Assembly: GCF_000284115.1 (NCBI RefSeq)
Contig: NC_017080.1
Location: forward strand, 1,830,001-1,862,000
Reading direction: 5' to 3'
DNA: 32,000 nucleotides
Source of the DNA: Phycisphaera mikurensis NBRC 102666
GTDB lineage: Bacteria; Planctomycetota; Phycisphaerae; Phycisphaerales; Phycisphaeraceae
Below are positions 16,536 to 24,103 of this stretch, in pieces. Position numbers and translations under genes: made by a program. The notes under the pieces are model-generated. The model saw nothing but the letters and a program-made list of their open reading frames with translations, ran no database searches and had not been told where the DNA came from. The first letter of the stretch is position 1; every line of letters starts with the position of its first letter.

Positions 16536-17320
16536 GGGGCCGCCGTCCGCGGCCTTCTCTTCGTCGGTCCCCGGCTCCGCGTCGAGTGCGAGGCTTGGCG
16601 GCCCGCGCCGTGCGTCGGCCGGAGGCCGAGCCGGTGGCTCACCGCCTCCGGCGGTGTAGGTCGGGCGCAGCCCGAGCGGTTTTTAAGGCGCGGACTCCAC
16701 ACCGCCGGAGGCGGTGAGCCACCTGCGGCCCCCGACCGTCCGCGGCCTTCTCCTCGTCGGTCCCCAGCTCAGCGTTGAGCGCGAGGCTTGGCGGCCCAGG
16801 CCGTGCGTCGGCCGAAGGCCGAGCCGGTGGCTCACCGCCTCCGGCGGTGTAGGTCTGGCGCAGCCCGAGCGGTTTTTGAGGCGCGGACTCCACACCGCCG
16901 GAGGCGGTGAGCCACCTGCGGCCCCCGACCGTCCGCGGCCTTCTCCTCGTCGGTCCCCAGCTCAGCGTTGAGCGCGAGGCTTGGCGGCCCAGGCCCTGCG
17001 TCGGCCGGAGGCCGAGCAGGTGGCTCACCGCCTCCGGCGGTGTAGGTCGGGCGGAGCCCGAGCGGTTTTTGAGGCGCGGACCCCACACCGCCGGAGGCGG
17101 TGAGCCACCTGCGGCCCTGCGGGCCCCAACCGTCCGCGGCCTTTCCCCTCGTCGGTCCCCGGCTCCGCGTCGAGTGCGAGGGTTGGCGGCCTACGCCGTG
17201 CGTCGGCCGGAGGCCGAGCCGGTGGCTCACCGCCTCCGGCGGTGTAGGTCGGGCGCAGCCCGAGCGGTTCTTGGAGGCGCGGATCCCACACCGCCGGAGG
17301 CGGTGAGCCACCTGCGGGCT
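16536..17320. repeat. Tandem array of 4 units (periods 193, 193, 202 nt) of a composite structured repeat, starting immediately after the EEP stop codon
   Basis: Each unit is a ~102-111-nt module B (ctgcggccc..gtccgcggccttctcctcgtcggtcccc...gtcggccgaaggccgagcc) plus a 91-92-nt hairpin module. The hairpin has perfect 25-bp arms GGTGGCTCACCGCCTCCGGCGGTGT / ACACCGCCGGAGGCGGTGAGCCACC around a 41-42-nt loop. Hairpins lie at 16633-16723, 16826-16916, 17019-17109 and 17221-17312. Confidence 0.9.
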
Positions 17321-17460
17321 CGCGGAACGTCGCGGTGCCGGGTTGGGAGCACCCGGGTGCTCAGCGGTCAGAGAAACATCGTCGGGGCTGCCTCCTGCCA
17401 AGGTGCGGCCACCCCCGGGCGTCCCGCGCCTCACGCCGCGGGGGCGCTGCGTGGAGGCAC

Positions 17461-17961
17461 TCAGGCGCTCAGCGTTGCCTGGGCCAGCAGGATCGCGACG
17501 GTGTTCGCGACGTTGAGGCTGCGCACGTTGCCGCGGCCGTGCAGCGGGCCGGGCATCGGCACGTGCACGCGGCGGTCTGGCCAGCGGTCGTGCCAGGTGG
17601 CCGGGAGGCCGCTGTTCTCGTTGCCGAAGATCAGCACGTCGCCGCGCGTGTACGCGGCCTCGTCGAAGCGGTGGCTCACGCCATCGAGGTGCTTGCTCAC
17701 GAGCCAAGGCCGGCGGCCGCCGAGCCACGCCAGGAAGGCGTCGTCGTCGGCGTGCTGCGTGAGGTCCAGCAGCGGCCAGTAGTCCAGCCCGGCCCGCTGC
17801 ACCTTGTGCTCGTCGATGGCGAACTTCATCGGGTGGATGAGGTGCAACCGGGCCCCGAAGGCGACGCAGGTGCGGGCGATGTTGCCCGTGTTCTGCGGGA
17901 TCGCCGGGTGGTACTGCACCGCGTGGAAGCGGGCCGGCGGCTCATGCGTGGGCCCGCTCAT
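17461..17961 (-). CDS. trmL: tRNA (cytidine/uridine-2'-O-)-methyltransferase TrmL (SpoU/TrmH family)
   Basis: This is the C-terminal 166 aa of ORF 17461..18180(-), from ATG 17961 (MSGPTHEPPARFHAVQYHPAIPQNTGNIARTC...RAGLDYW...LIFGNENSGLP...RSLNVANTVAILLAQA). The start overlaps the trpG stop (ATGA). Confidence 0.88.
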   Translation of the reverse strand: MSGPTHEPPARFHAVQYHPAIPQNTGNIARTCVAFGARLHLIHPMKFAIDEHKVQRAGLDYWPLLDLTQHADDDAFLAWLGGRRPWLVSKHLDGVSHRFDEAAYTRGDVLIFGNENSGLPATWHDRWPDRRVHVPMPGPLHGRGNVRSLNVANTVAILLAQATLSA

Positions 17962-18647
17962 GCCGCGGACGGCGGCGTCGAGACGCCGGCCACCGCCGCG
18001 GTCCGCGGTCGGGGCAAGCCCAGGAAGTTCGCGAGCATGGCCGGCCCTTCCGGCGTCATGAAGCTCTCGGGGTGGAACTGCACGCCCTCCAGCGGAGCCG
18101 GACCGAACACGCCCGCCCGCGCCCGCAGCCCCATCACCACCCGCGTCGGCTCGCGGTCCCCGGGCAGCAGGTCGTCGCACCAGGCCGAGACCTCGAAGCG
18201 GTCCGCGTCCACGGTCGCCGCGTCGACCACCAGCGAGTGGTAGCGCATCGCCGTCATCGGCTGCGGGAGGCCGCGGAACAGCGTGGCCCCGTCGTGCGAG
18301 ATCTCGCTCGTCTTCCCGTGCATCAGCAGCCGGTGCCGGCCCACCGTCATGCCGTGCCGCTCGCCGATCGCCTGGTGGCCCAGGCAGACCCCGAGCAGCG
18401 GGACCTTGCCGGCGAGGCGCCCGATGACCTCGCCGCTGACCCCGGCCTCCTTGGGGGTGCAGGGGCCCGGCGAGACGATCACGTGCGTCGGCTCCAGCGC
18501 CTCCGCCTGATCGGCGGTGATCGCGTCGTTGCGGACGACGCGGAGGGGGAGCTCGCCGGGGTCGCGGCCCTCGGCCACGAGCAGCTCGCCGATCCGCTGC
18601 ACGAGGTTCCAGGTGAAGCTGTCGTAGTTGTCGATCAGGAGGATCAC
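17958..18647 (-). CDS. trpG: Glutamine amidotransferase component II of anthranilate / aminodeoxychorismate synthase (TrpG/PabA)
   Basis: ORF 17958..18776(-). The likely start is GTG at 18647, giving (M)ILLIDNYDSFTWNLVQ. The catalytic GVCLGHQ and the HPES motif (VQFHPESFMTPEG) are present. TrpG versus PabA cannot be distinguished from sequence alone. Confidence 0.88.
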   Translation of the reverse strand: MILLIDNYDSFTWNLVQRIGELLVAEGRDPGELPLRVVRNDAITADQAEALEPTHVIVSPGPCTPKEAGVSGEVIGRLAGKVPLLGVCLGHQAIGERHGMTVGRHRLLMHGKTSEISHDGATLFRGLPQPMTAMRYHSLVVDAATVDADRFEVSAWCDDLLPGDREPTRVVMGLRARAGVFGPAPLEGVQFHPESFMTPEGPAMLANFLGLPRPRTAAVAGVSTPPSAA

Positions 18648-18877
18648 GGCGGCGACGCTAGCAGGCGGATCCGGGCTCGCGTTGTGCGTTCTTCCGTCCG
18701 GGAGCTGGCCACGCACCGCCCGAATCCGCCGGGCTTCATGCCGGGGCGCCCGCCCGGAACCATGCGGTGCTGGCACGCGGCGCGGAGCGGAGATCCTGCT
18801 CCAACCACGCCGAAGCGGGCGGCACCGGTTGGACCCGCGTCTGCGGACACCCGATGTCCCCGGATAGGATCCCGACG

Positions 18878-19222
18878 ATGCCTCCCGAGGCCCCAGCCGT
18901 TCCCGAGCGCGTGACCACGCCCCTTCCCGCGAGCCGGGTGGCGGGGCTCTCGTTCGTGCTGCTGCTGGTGCTCACCGGCACGGCGGCGGCGGCGGGTCCT
19001 TCGGGTTGGGCGTCGGACAGCGGGCGGCGGTCGGCCGCCATGCTGATGGCCACGCTGCAGGACGCCGCCCGCCGCCTGGCCGACGCGGAGGCGGCGCCCC
19101 AGCGGCTCCGCCCGCGGGCGGTGGCGGCGCCCGCGGGCGTCCCCACGCTCGCTCCGCAGACGCCGCGGCACACGCCGCCGCTCCGGCCGTCGCTTTGCGT
19201 GCTGCCGCCGCCGGCGGGCTGA
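18878..19222 (+). CDS. Hypothetical small exported or membrane-anchored protein (114 aa) immediately upstream of secA
   Basis: This is the inner part of ORF 18767..19222(+). From ATG 18878 it reads MPPEAPAVPERVTTPLPASRVAGLSFVLLLVLTGTAAAAGPS... and ends ...LCVLPPPAG*. By my count only 9 of 114 third-codon positions are A/T and second positions are mixed, as in the real genes here. There is no family match. An alternative start is ATG 18854. Confidence 0.4.
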   Translation: MPPEAPAVPERVTTPLPASRVAGLSFVLLLVLTGTAAAAGPSGWASDSGRRSAAMLMATLQDAARRLADAEAAPQRLRPRAVAAPAGVPTLAPQTPRHTPPLRPSLCVLPPPAG

Positions 19223-19276
19223 CCCACTTCCTTCCGCACCGCGGGCTCCGGCCCCGGTCCGCTCCGCCGCGTCCAC

Positions 19277-19322
19277 CCGCGGACCGTCGCCCCTTGCGGG
19301 CGGGACGGCCCCCGGTCCGCGG
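19277..19322. repeat. Copy E3 of the 46-nt element, in the secA leader 55 nt after the small-ORF stop
   Basis: Arms at 19277-19286 and 19313-19322 are perfect. The loop is exactly 26 nt. An extra right-arm-like half site, CCGGTCCGC, lies at 19254-19262. Confidence 0.85.
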
Positions 19323-19432
19323 CCTCCCGCCCTCCGCGACGCGCCCTTCTCCGGCGGCGTCGCCGCCCGCCCGATCCGCGACCCGCGGATCCAGGCACGC
19401 CTTCCTCCGAAGGCAGAAACAGGAATCAGCCC

Positions 19433-22400
19433 ATGGTCATCCAGGCCCTCTCCAAGTCGATGTCGCGAGTCTTCGGCTCCCGCAACGACCGCGTCATCAA
19501 GAAGTATCGCGCCCGCGCTGCGGCCGTCCTCGATTGGGAGCCGAAGATTCGGCCGCTCACGGACGCCGAAATCACCGAAAAGACCGTCGAGTTCAACCGC
19601 CGCCACGTCGACGAGAACGAGGAGATGGCGGACATGCTCCCCGAGGTCATGGCCGTCGCCCGCGAGGCGATGGACCGCTCGGTGGGGATCCGCAACGCCT
19701 TCAACCCCGAGCACCGCTCCAAGTTCGCCGCCGACAAGCTCAGCCCCGAGATGAGGTCGCTCTGGGAAGAGCTCTGCGCCAAGGCGGACGCGATCACGCC
19801 CCGCCCCGTGCTCGGGGGCGATCCCGCGCCCGGCCACCTGCTCGTCGACGTGCCCAACGCCTTCTACGACGCGGTGCGCGAGATCTACGACGTCTCCCGC
19901 CCGCCCTTCCGCGCCCGGCCCTTCGACGTGCAGATCATCGGCGCCATGGTCCTCTCCGAGGGCCGGATCGCGGAGATGCGGACGGGCGAGGGCAAGACGA
20001 TCGTCGCCCCGCTCGCCTGCTATCCGGCCTGCATCGAGGGCATGCAGGGGCACGTGGTCACCGTGAACGACTACCTCGTGCAGCGCGACCGCGACTGGGT
20101 CTTCCCCTTCTACCTGGCGTTGGGCCTGAACGTGGGGGCGATCCACCCCCACCACCAGCAGCCGCCGCAGATGAAGGGGCAGGCTTACATGTGCAACGTC
20201 GTGTACGGCACGAATTCGGAGTTCGGATTCGATTACCTGCGCGACAACATGAAGGAGAACCCCGCCGAGCAGGTGCAGAAGCGGCGCGACTTCTGCATCG
20301 TCGACGAGATCGACTCGATCCTCATCGACGAAGCCCGCACCCCGCTGATCATCTCCGGCCCGGCCCACGCCGACGCCCCACGGTACGAGCTGGCGGACCG
20401 CATCGCCCGCCACCTCTTCGAGAAGCAGCGGCAGTGGGACGCGAAGGACAAGAAGTTCAAGGCCGCCGAGCTGCGGGCCAAGGGCCTCGAGGGCGACATC
20501 CGCAACGCGCGCGACAAGTCGAGGATCAAAGCCATGCGGGCGGAGCTCAAGGAGCTCCAGGCCGAGCTGCCGGAGCTGGAGGCCGACCGCGACACCCACC
20601 CGCAGTACTACGAGGTGGAGCCGGAACGCAAAGCCGCTCACGTCACCCACGAGGGCATCGCCGAGGCGCAGAAGATCGCGAACATCGGCAGCTTCTACGT
20701 GGGCGACAACATCGACTTCCCGCACCTGCTCACCAACGCGGTGCGGGCGCACACCGTCTACAAGCGCGACCAGCAGTACGTGGTGCAGGGCGGCGAGGTC
20801 GTGATCGTCGACGAGTTCACCGGCCGCCTGATGGTGGGACGCCAGTGGAGCGACGGGCTGCACCAGGCCGTCGAGCAGAAGGAGAAGGTGAAGGTCAAGG
20901 AGGAGACGCAGACGCTCGCCACCGTCACCATCCAGAACTACTTCAAGCTGTACGACCGCCTCGCCGGCATGACCGGCACGGCGATCACCGAGGCCACCGA
21001 GTTCGGCGAGATCTACAAGCTCGACGTCGTGTCGATCCCGACCAACCGGCCGATCCAGCGGACCGATCGCGAAGACCTCATCTTCCTCTCCGAGAAAGAC
21101 AAGTGGAACGCGATCGTCGACGAGGTCGAGCGGGTCCACAACCTCGGGCGTCCCGTGCTCGTCGGCACGACGAGCGTGGACAAGAGCGAGATGCTCTCGG
21201 AGCTGCTCCGCAAGCGGCACGGCATCAAGCACGAGGTGCTCAACGCCAAGGCCGAGCACGCCGAGCGGGAGGGCAACATCGTCGAGGACGCCGGGCACCT
21301 GGCGGCCGTGATGATCGCGACCAACATGGCCGGCCGGGGCACCGACATCAAGCTGCAGCCGATCAGCCGCGACATGCTGCTGGAGCATTGGAAGAAGCGC
21401 GACATGATCCCCGCCGCGGCGACGGTGCAGATGAGCGACGACCAGCTGGTGGCGATGAGCTACCGGCACCAGGCGGTCCGAGCGCTGGGCATCTCCAAGA
21501 GCGAGGCGGAGGCCGTCGCCGACGCGGACCTGCGGCTCCGGCTGTTCCGCCACTGGGCCGTGCAGGACGCCTTCGTCGAGGAGAAGAAGGCCGCCGCGAT
21601 GACGCTGGAGCAGTGCGTGGAAGCGCTGGACGGGATCGCCGACTACCAGCGGCACCGGCTGGAGGTGTTCCCCTCGATCGAGCGGATGGGCGGCCTGCAC
21701 ATCGTCGGCACCGAGCGGCACGAGAGCCGCCGCATCGACAACCAGCTCCGCGGCCGGGCCGGCCGCCAGGGCGATCGGGGCAGCTCGCGCTTCTTCATCT
21801 CGCTCGAGGACGACCTGATGAAGCAGTTCGCCGGCGACAAGACCAAGTACATCCTCTCGAAGCTGGGCATGAAGGAGGGCGACGCGATCGAGCACGGCAT
21901 GGTCAGCCGCAGCGTCGAGCGGGCCCAGCGGAAGGTCGAGGAGCGGAACTACGAGATCCGCAAGAACCTGCTCGAGTACGACGAGGTGATGGAGTTCCAG
22001 CGGAACGACTTCTACAAGCTGCGGCAGAGCGTGATCGAGGGCCGCAAGATCTCCGAAACGGTGCACGATTACCTGAGCGAGTCCGTGGACGACGCCGCCG
22101 ACCGCTACCTCGCGAAGGACTACACGCGCACGCAGGTGGCCGAGTGGTGCCTTGCCGAGCACGACATCAGCGTCGACCCGGCGCGCATCCAGCTGCACAC
22201 GCTGCACGAGCTCGAGGAGATCGTCCGGCGGTCGGCCAAGGAGGAGAGCATGGCCCTCATCGACATGACCGTCGACGAGTACCTCTCGATGGACACGCCC
22301 ACCGAGGACTGGGACTTCGCCGGGGTGCAGGCCTGGGCGAAGAGCAAGCTCGGCGTGCACCTCGACGGCGACGCGCTGCGCCAGATGAACCCCACCTCGC

Positions 22401-23596
22401 TGAAGCGCGAGCTCGGCGACCGCTACGCCGAGGTGATCGACGCGAAGGACCTCACCGGGCTCGAGAAGTTCATCGACACCGACCCCGGCCGCCGCGACCT
22501 CGCCGGGTGGATGGGCCAGCAGTTCGGGGTGGAGGTTCCCGTGGAGGAGCTCAGCGACAAGTCCGCCGAGGAGGCCCGCCGCGTCGCCACCGAGAAGGTG
22601 GAAGCCGCTTACCGGCAGCGGGAGATCGACGTTCCCTGCGAAGCGGTCGTCAACCAGTTGCTCGCCGATCTGCAGTCCGGCGAGCAGAACCAGGCCGGCC
22701 TGCGGCTGCTGGGGTACGCGAAGATCCGCCTGCGGGAGGACTGGAAGCCCGAGGACATCAACGGCAAGACCCCCCAGGACATCTTCGAGAAGCTGCGGGA
22801 CTCGACGAAGGCCTGGCTGGAGCCCGGCGGCAAGCTCGAGCAGGAGGCCAAGGAGATCGGCGTGAAGTTCGCCGACGACGAGGAGGGCCTGGCCAAGTGG
22901 GTGAAAGAGCGCCACGGGGCCCAGCTGCACCCCGAGGCGTTCGAGCAGGCGCGAAAGGACGCCAAAGAGGCGGGCGAGGAGGGGCGTTGGGCGGAGCGGA
23001 TGATCGAGCGGATCGGCCGCGACGTCTTCCGCGGCGACCTCACCCGCTTGGAGCGCTACGTCCTCCTGCAGATCATCGACCAGGCCTGGAAGGACCACCT
23101 CTACGCGATGGACTCGCTGAAGAATGCCGTGGGGATGCGGGGCTACGCCGAGAAGGACCCGCGGATCGAGTACAAGCGGGAGGGGGCGAACCTCTACAAC
23201 GAGATGCAGGGTTCGACGCGGAACCGCGTGGCGGAGCTGGTATTCCGGGCGAAGCTGCAGCCGCAGCAGATGGCCCCGCGGCGGCCGGCGGGCCCGGCGC
23301 CGGTGCAGGGCGTCTCCGCCGCCGCCGTCGCCGAGGCGCTGGGCATCGGCACCGAAACCGAGGCCCAGAAGCACGGCGGCCCGGAGCTGGAGGGCGACGA
23401 GACGCGCGTGGTGGACCCCGCCGCCGCCGCGGCGACGCCGCCGCTGCCCGAGCCCGATTCCGCGTCCGCTCAGCCCGAAGCGGAGGCGGCGTCCCCGGAC
23501 GAGAAGGCCGACGAGGGCGGCGAGCCCGGGATGACGCGGAAGCAGCGCCGGGCGAAGGAGGCCGAGGAGCGTCGCAACCGGAAGCGCGACGCCTGA
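19433..23596 (+). CDS. secA: Preprotein translocase ATPase SecA (1387 aa, expanded)
   Basis: Motifs: FGSRNDRVIKKY, AEMRTGEGKT (Walker A), VTVNDYLVQRD, IVDEIDSILIDEARTPLIISG, MTGTA, ATNMAGRGTDIKL, GGLHIVGTERHESRRIDNQLRGRAGRQGD, LLEYDEVMEFQR, RGYAEKDPRIEYKRE. Confidence 0.97.
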   Translation: MVIQALSKSMSRVFGSRNDRVIKKYRARAAAVLDWEPKIRPLTDAEITEKTVEFNRRHVDENEEMADMLPEVMAVAREAMDRSVGIRNAFNPEHRSKFAADKLSPEMRSLWEELCAKADAITPRPVLGGDPAPGHLLVDVPNAFYDAVREIYDVSRPPFRARPFDVQIIGAMVLSEGRIAEMRTGEGKTIVAPLACYPACIEGMQGHVVTVNDYLVQRDRDWVFPFYLALGLNVGAIHPHHQQPPQMKGQAYMCNVVYGTNSEFGFDYLRDNMKENPAEQVQKRRDFCIVDEIDSILIDEARTPLIISGPAHADAPRYELADRIARHLFEKQRQWDAKDKKFKAAELRAKGLEGDIRNARDKSRIKAMRAELKELQAELPELEADRDTHPQYYEVEPERKAAHVTHEGIAEAQKIANIGSFYVGDNIDFPHLLTNAVRAHTVYKRDQQYVVQGGEVVIVDEFTGRLMVGRQWSDGLHQAVEQKEKVKVKEETQTLATVTIQNYFKLYDRLAGMTGTAITEATEFGEIYKLDVVSIPTNRPIQRTDREDLIFLSEKDKWNAIVDEVERVHNLGRPVLVGTTSVDKSEMLSELLRKRHGIKHEVLNAKAEHAEREGNIVEDAGHLAAVMIATNMAGRGTDIKLQPISRDMLLEHWKKRDMIPAAATVQMSDDQLVAMSYRHQAVRALGISKSEAEAVADADLRLRLFRHWAVQDAFVEEKKAAAMTLEQCVEALDGIADYQRHRLEVFPSIERMGGLHIVGTERHESRRIDNQLRGRAGRQGDRGSSRFFISLEDDLMKQFAGDKTKYILSKLGMKEGDAIEHGMVSRSVERAQRKVEERNYEIRKNLLEYDEVMEFQRNDFYKLRQSVIEGRKISETVHDYLSESVDDAADRYLAKDYTRTQVAEWCLAEHDISVDPARIQLHTLHELEEIVRRSAKEESMALIDMTVDEYLSMDTPTEDWDFAGVQAWAKSKLGVHLDGDALRQMNPTSLKRELGDRYAEVIDAKDLTGLEKFIDTDPGRRDLAGWMGQQFGVEVPVEELSDKSAEEARRVATEKVEAAYRQREIDVPCEAVVNQLLADLQSGEQNQAGLRLLGYAKIRLREDWKPEDINGKTPQDIFEKLRDSTKAWLEPGGKLEQEAKEIGVKFADDEEGLAKWVKERHGAQLHPEAFEQARKDAKEAGEEGRWAERMIERIGRDVFRGDLTRLERYVLLQIIDQAWKDHLYAMDSLKNAVGMRGYAEKDPRIEYKREGANLYNEMQGSTRNRVAELVFRAKLQPQQMAPRRPAGPAPVQGVSAAAVAEALGIGTETEAQKHGGPELEGDETRVVDPAAAAATPPLPEPDSASAQPEAEAASPDEKADEGGEPGMTRKQRRAKEAEERRNRKRDA

Positions 23597-23597
23597 G

Positions 23598-23643
23598 CCG
23601 CGGACCGCGGCTTGCTGAAAGCCGAAGAGGCCGCGGTCCGCGG
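23598..23643. terminator. Hairpin between convergent secA and the DUF4332 gene; copy E4 of the 46-nt CCGCGGACCG-N26-CGGTCCGCGG element
   Basis: It starts 2 nt after the secA stop. Arms are at 23598-23607 and 23634-23643, extended by CGGC/GCCG to a 14-bp stem. No U-run follows, so it is not a canonical intrinsic terminator. Confidence 0.45.
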
Positions 23644-23695
23644 AAGCGGGCCGTTGCCGTTGCCGTTGCCGTTGGAGCTCGCCGGCTCGCCGGCT

Positions 23696-24103
23696 TCAGT
23701 GGGTCACGCGGGGCTCGAGCTCCTTGGCCTGGCTGATCCAGCCGGCGACCTTGCTCTCGGTCGGCAGCGAGCGGACGAGCTTCTTCGCCTCGTTGACCGC
23801 CGCCATCGAGGCCGTGAGGTTCTGGGGGTTGCGGGTGCGAAGCTCCTTGACGGTGTCGACGCCGGCGGCCTCGAGCAGGTCGCTGTACTCCTCGCCCACG
23901 CCGGAGATCCGCATGAGGTCCGCCATGTTCACGTGCCGCAGCACCTCCGAGGCGTCCATGCCGTGCTCGGCCGCGAAGGCTCGGCGCTTCTTCGCGTCGC
24001 CGCACGCGTCGAGCAGCTGCTCGGTCGTTTCGATGCCGGCGGTGTTGTACTTGACGCTCTTGACCGGGCCGATGCCCTCGAGTTCGATGATCTTGTAGGC
24101 CAT
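23696..24103 (-). CDS. DUF4332 domain protein (135 aa)
   Basis: This is the C-terminal part of ORF 23696..24214(-), from ATG 24103: MAYKIIELEGIGPVKSVKYNTAGIETTEQLL...LMRISGVGEEYSDLLEAAGVDTVKEL. These are the duplicated helix-hairpin-helix-like IEGIG/ISGVG motifs typical of DUF4332. Confidence 0.8.
   Translation of the reverse strand: MAYKIIELEGIGPVKSVKYNTAGIETTEQLLDACGDAKKRRAFAAEHGMDASEVLRHVNMADLMRISGVGEEYSDLLEAAGVDTVKELRTRNPQNLTASMAAVNEAKKLVRSLPTESKVAGWISQAKELEPRVTH

Noticed and set aside
14781-17320. Could the repeat arrays be CRISPR arrays?
   Set aside because: Units are contiguous ~193-nt repeats with no unique spacers between short direct repeats. No cas genes are nearby. The conserved parts are long inverted repeats rather than 25-40-nt direct repeats.
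17347-17362. Perfect 16-bp palindrome GAGCACCCGGGTGCTC downstream of trmL
   Set aside because: It could be a small 3' hairpin for trmL. However, it is short, lacks a U-tract, and GC palindromes of this size are plausible by chance at this composition.
16433-17728. Repeated peptide-like ORFs inside the repeat arrays (e.g. MWSPRLKNRSGCARPTPPEAVSHRLGLRPTHG..., MSHLRPPTVRGLLLVGPQLSVEREAW...)
   Set aside because: They recur only because the DNA is repeated. The 193-nt period is not a multiple of 3, so the frame changes from unit to unit. Composition is shadow-like, and they exist on both strands.
23650-23673. (GCCGTT)x4 hexamer microsatellite between secA and the DUF4332 gene
   Set aside because: It is a short simple repeat in a 3' intergenic region with no associated structure or ORF. 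It is probably slippage-derived and not interpretable from this window.
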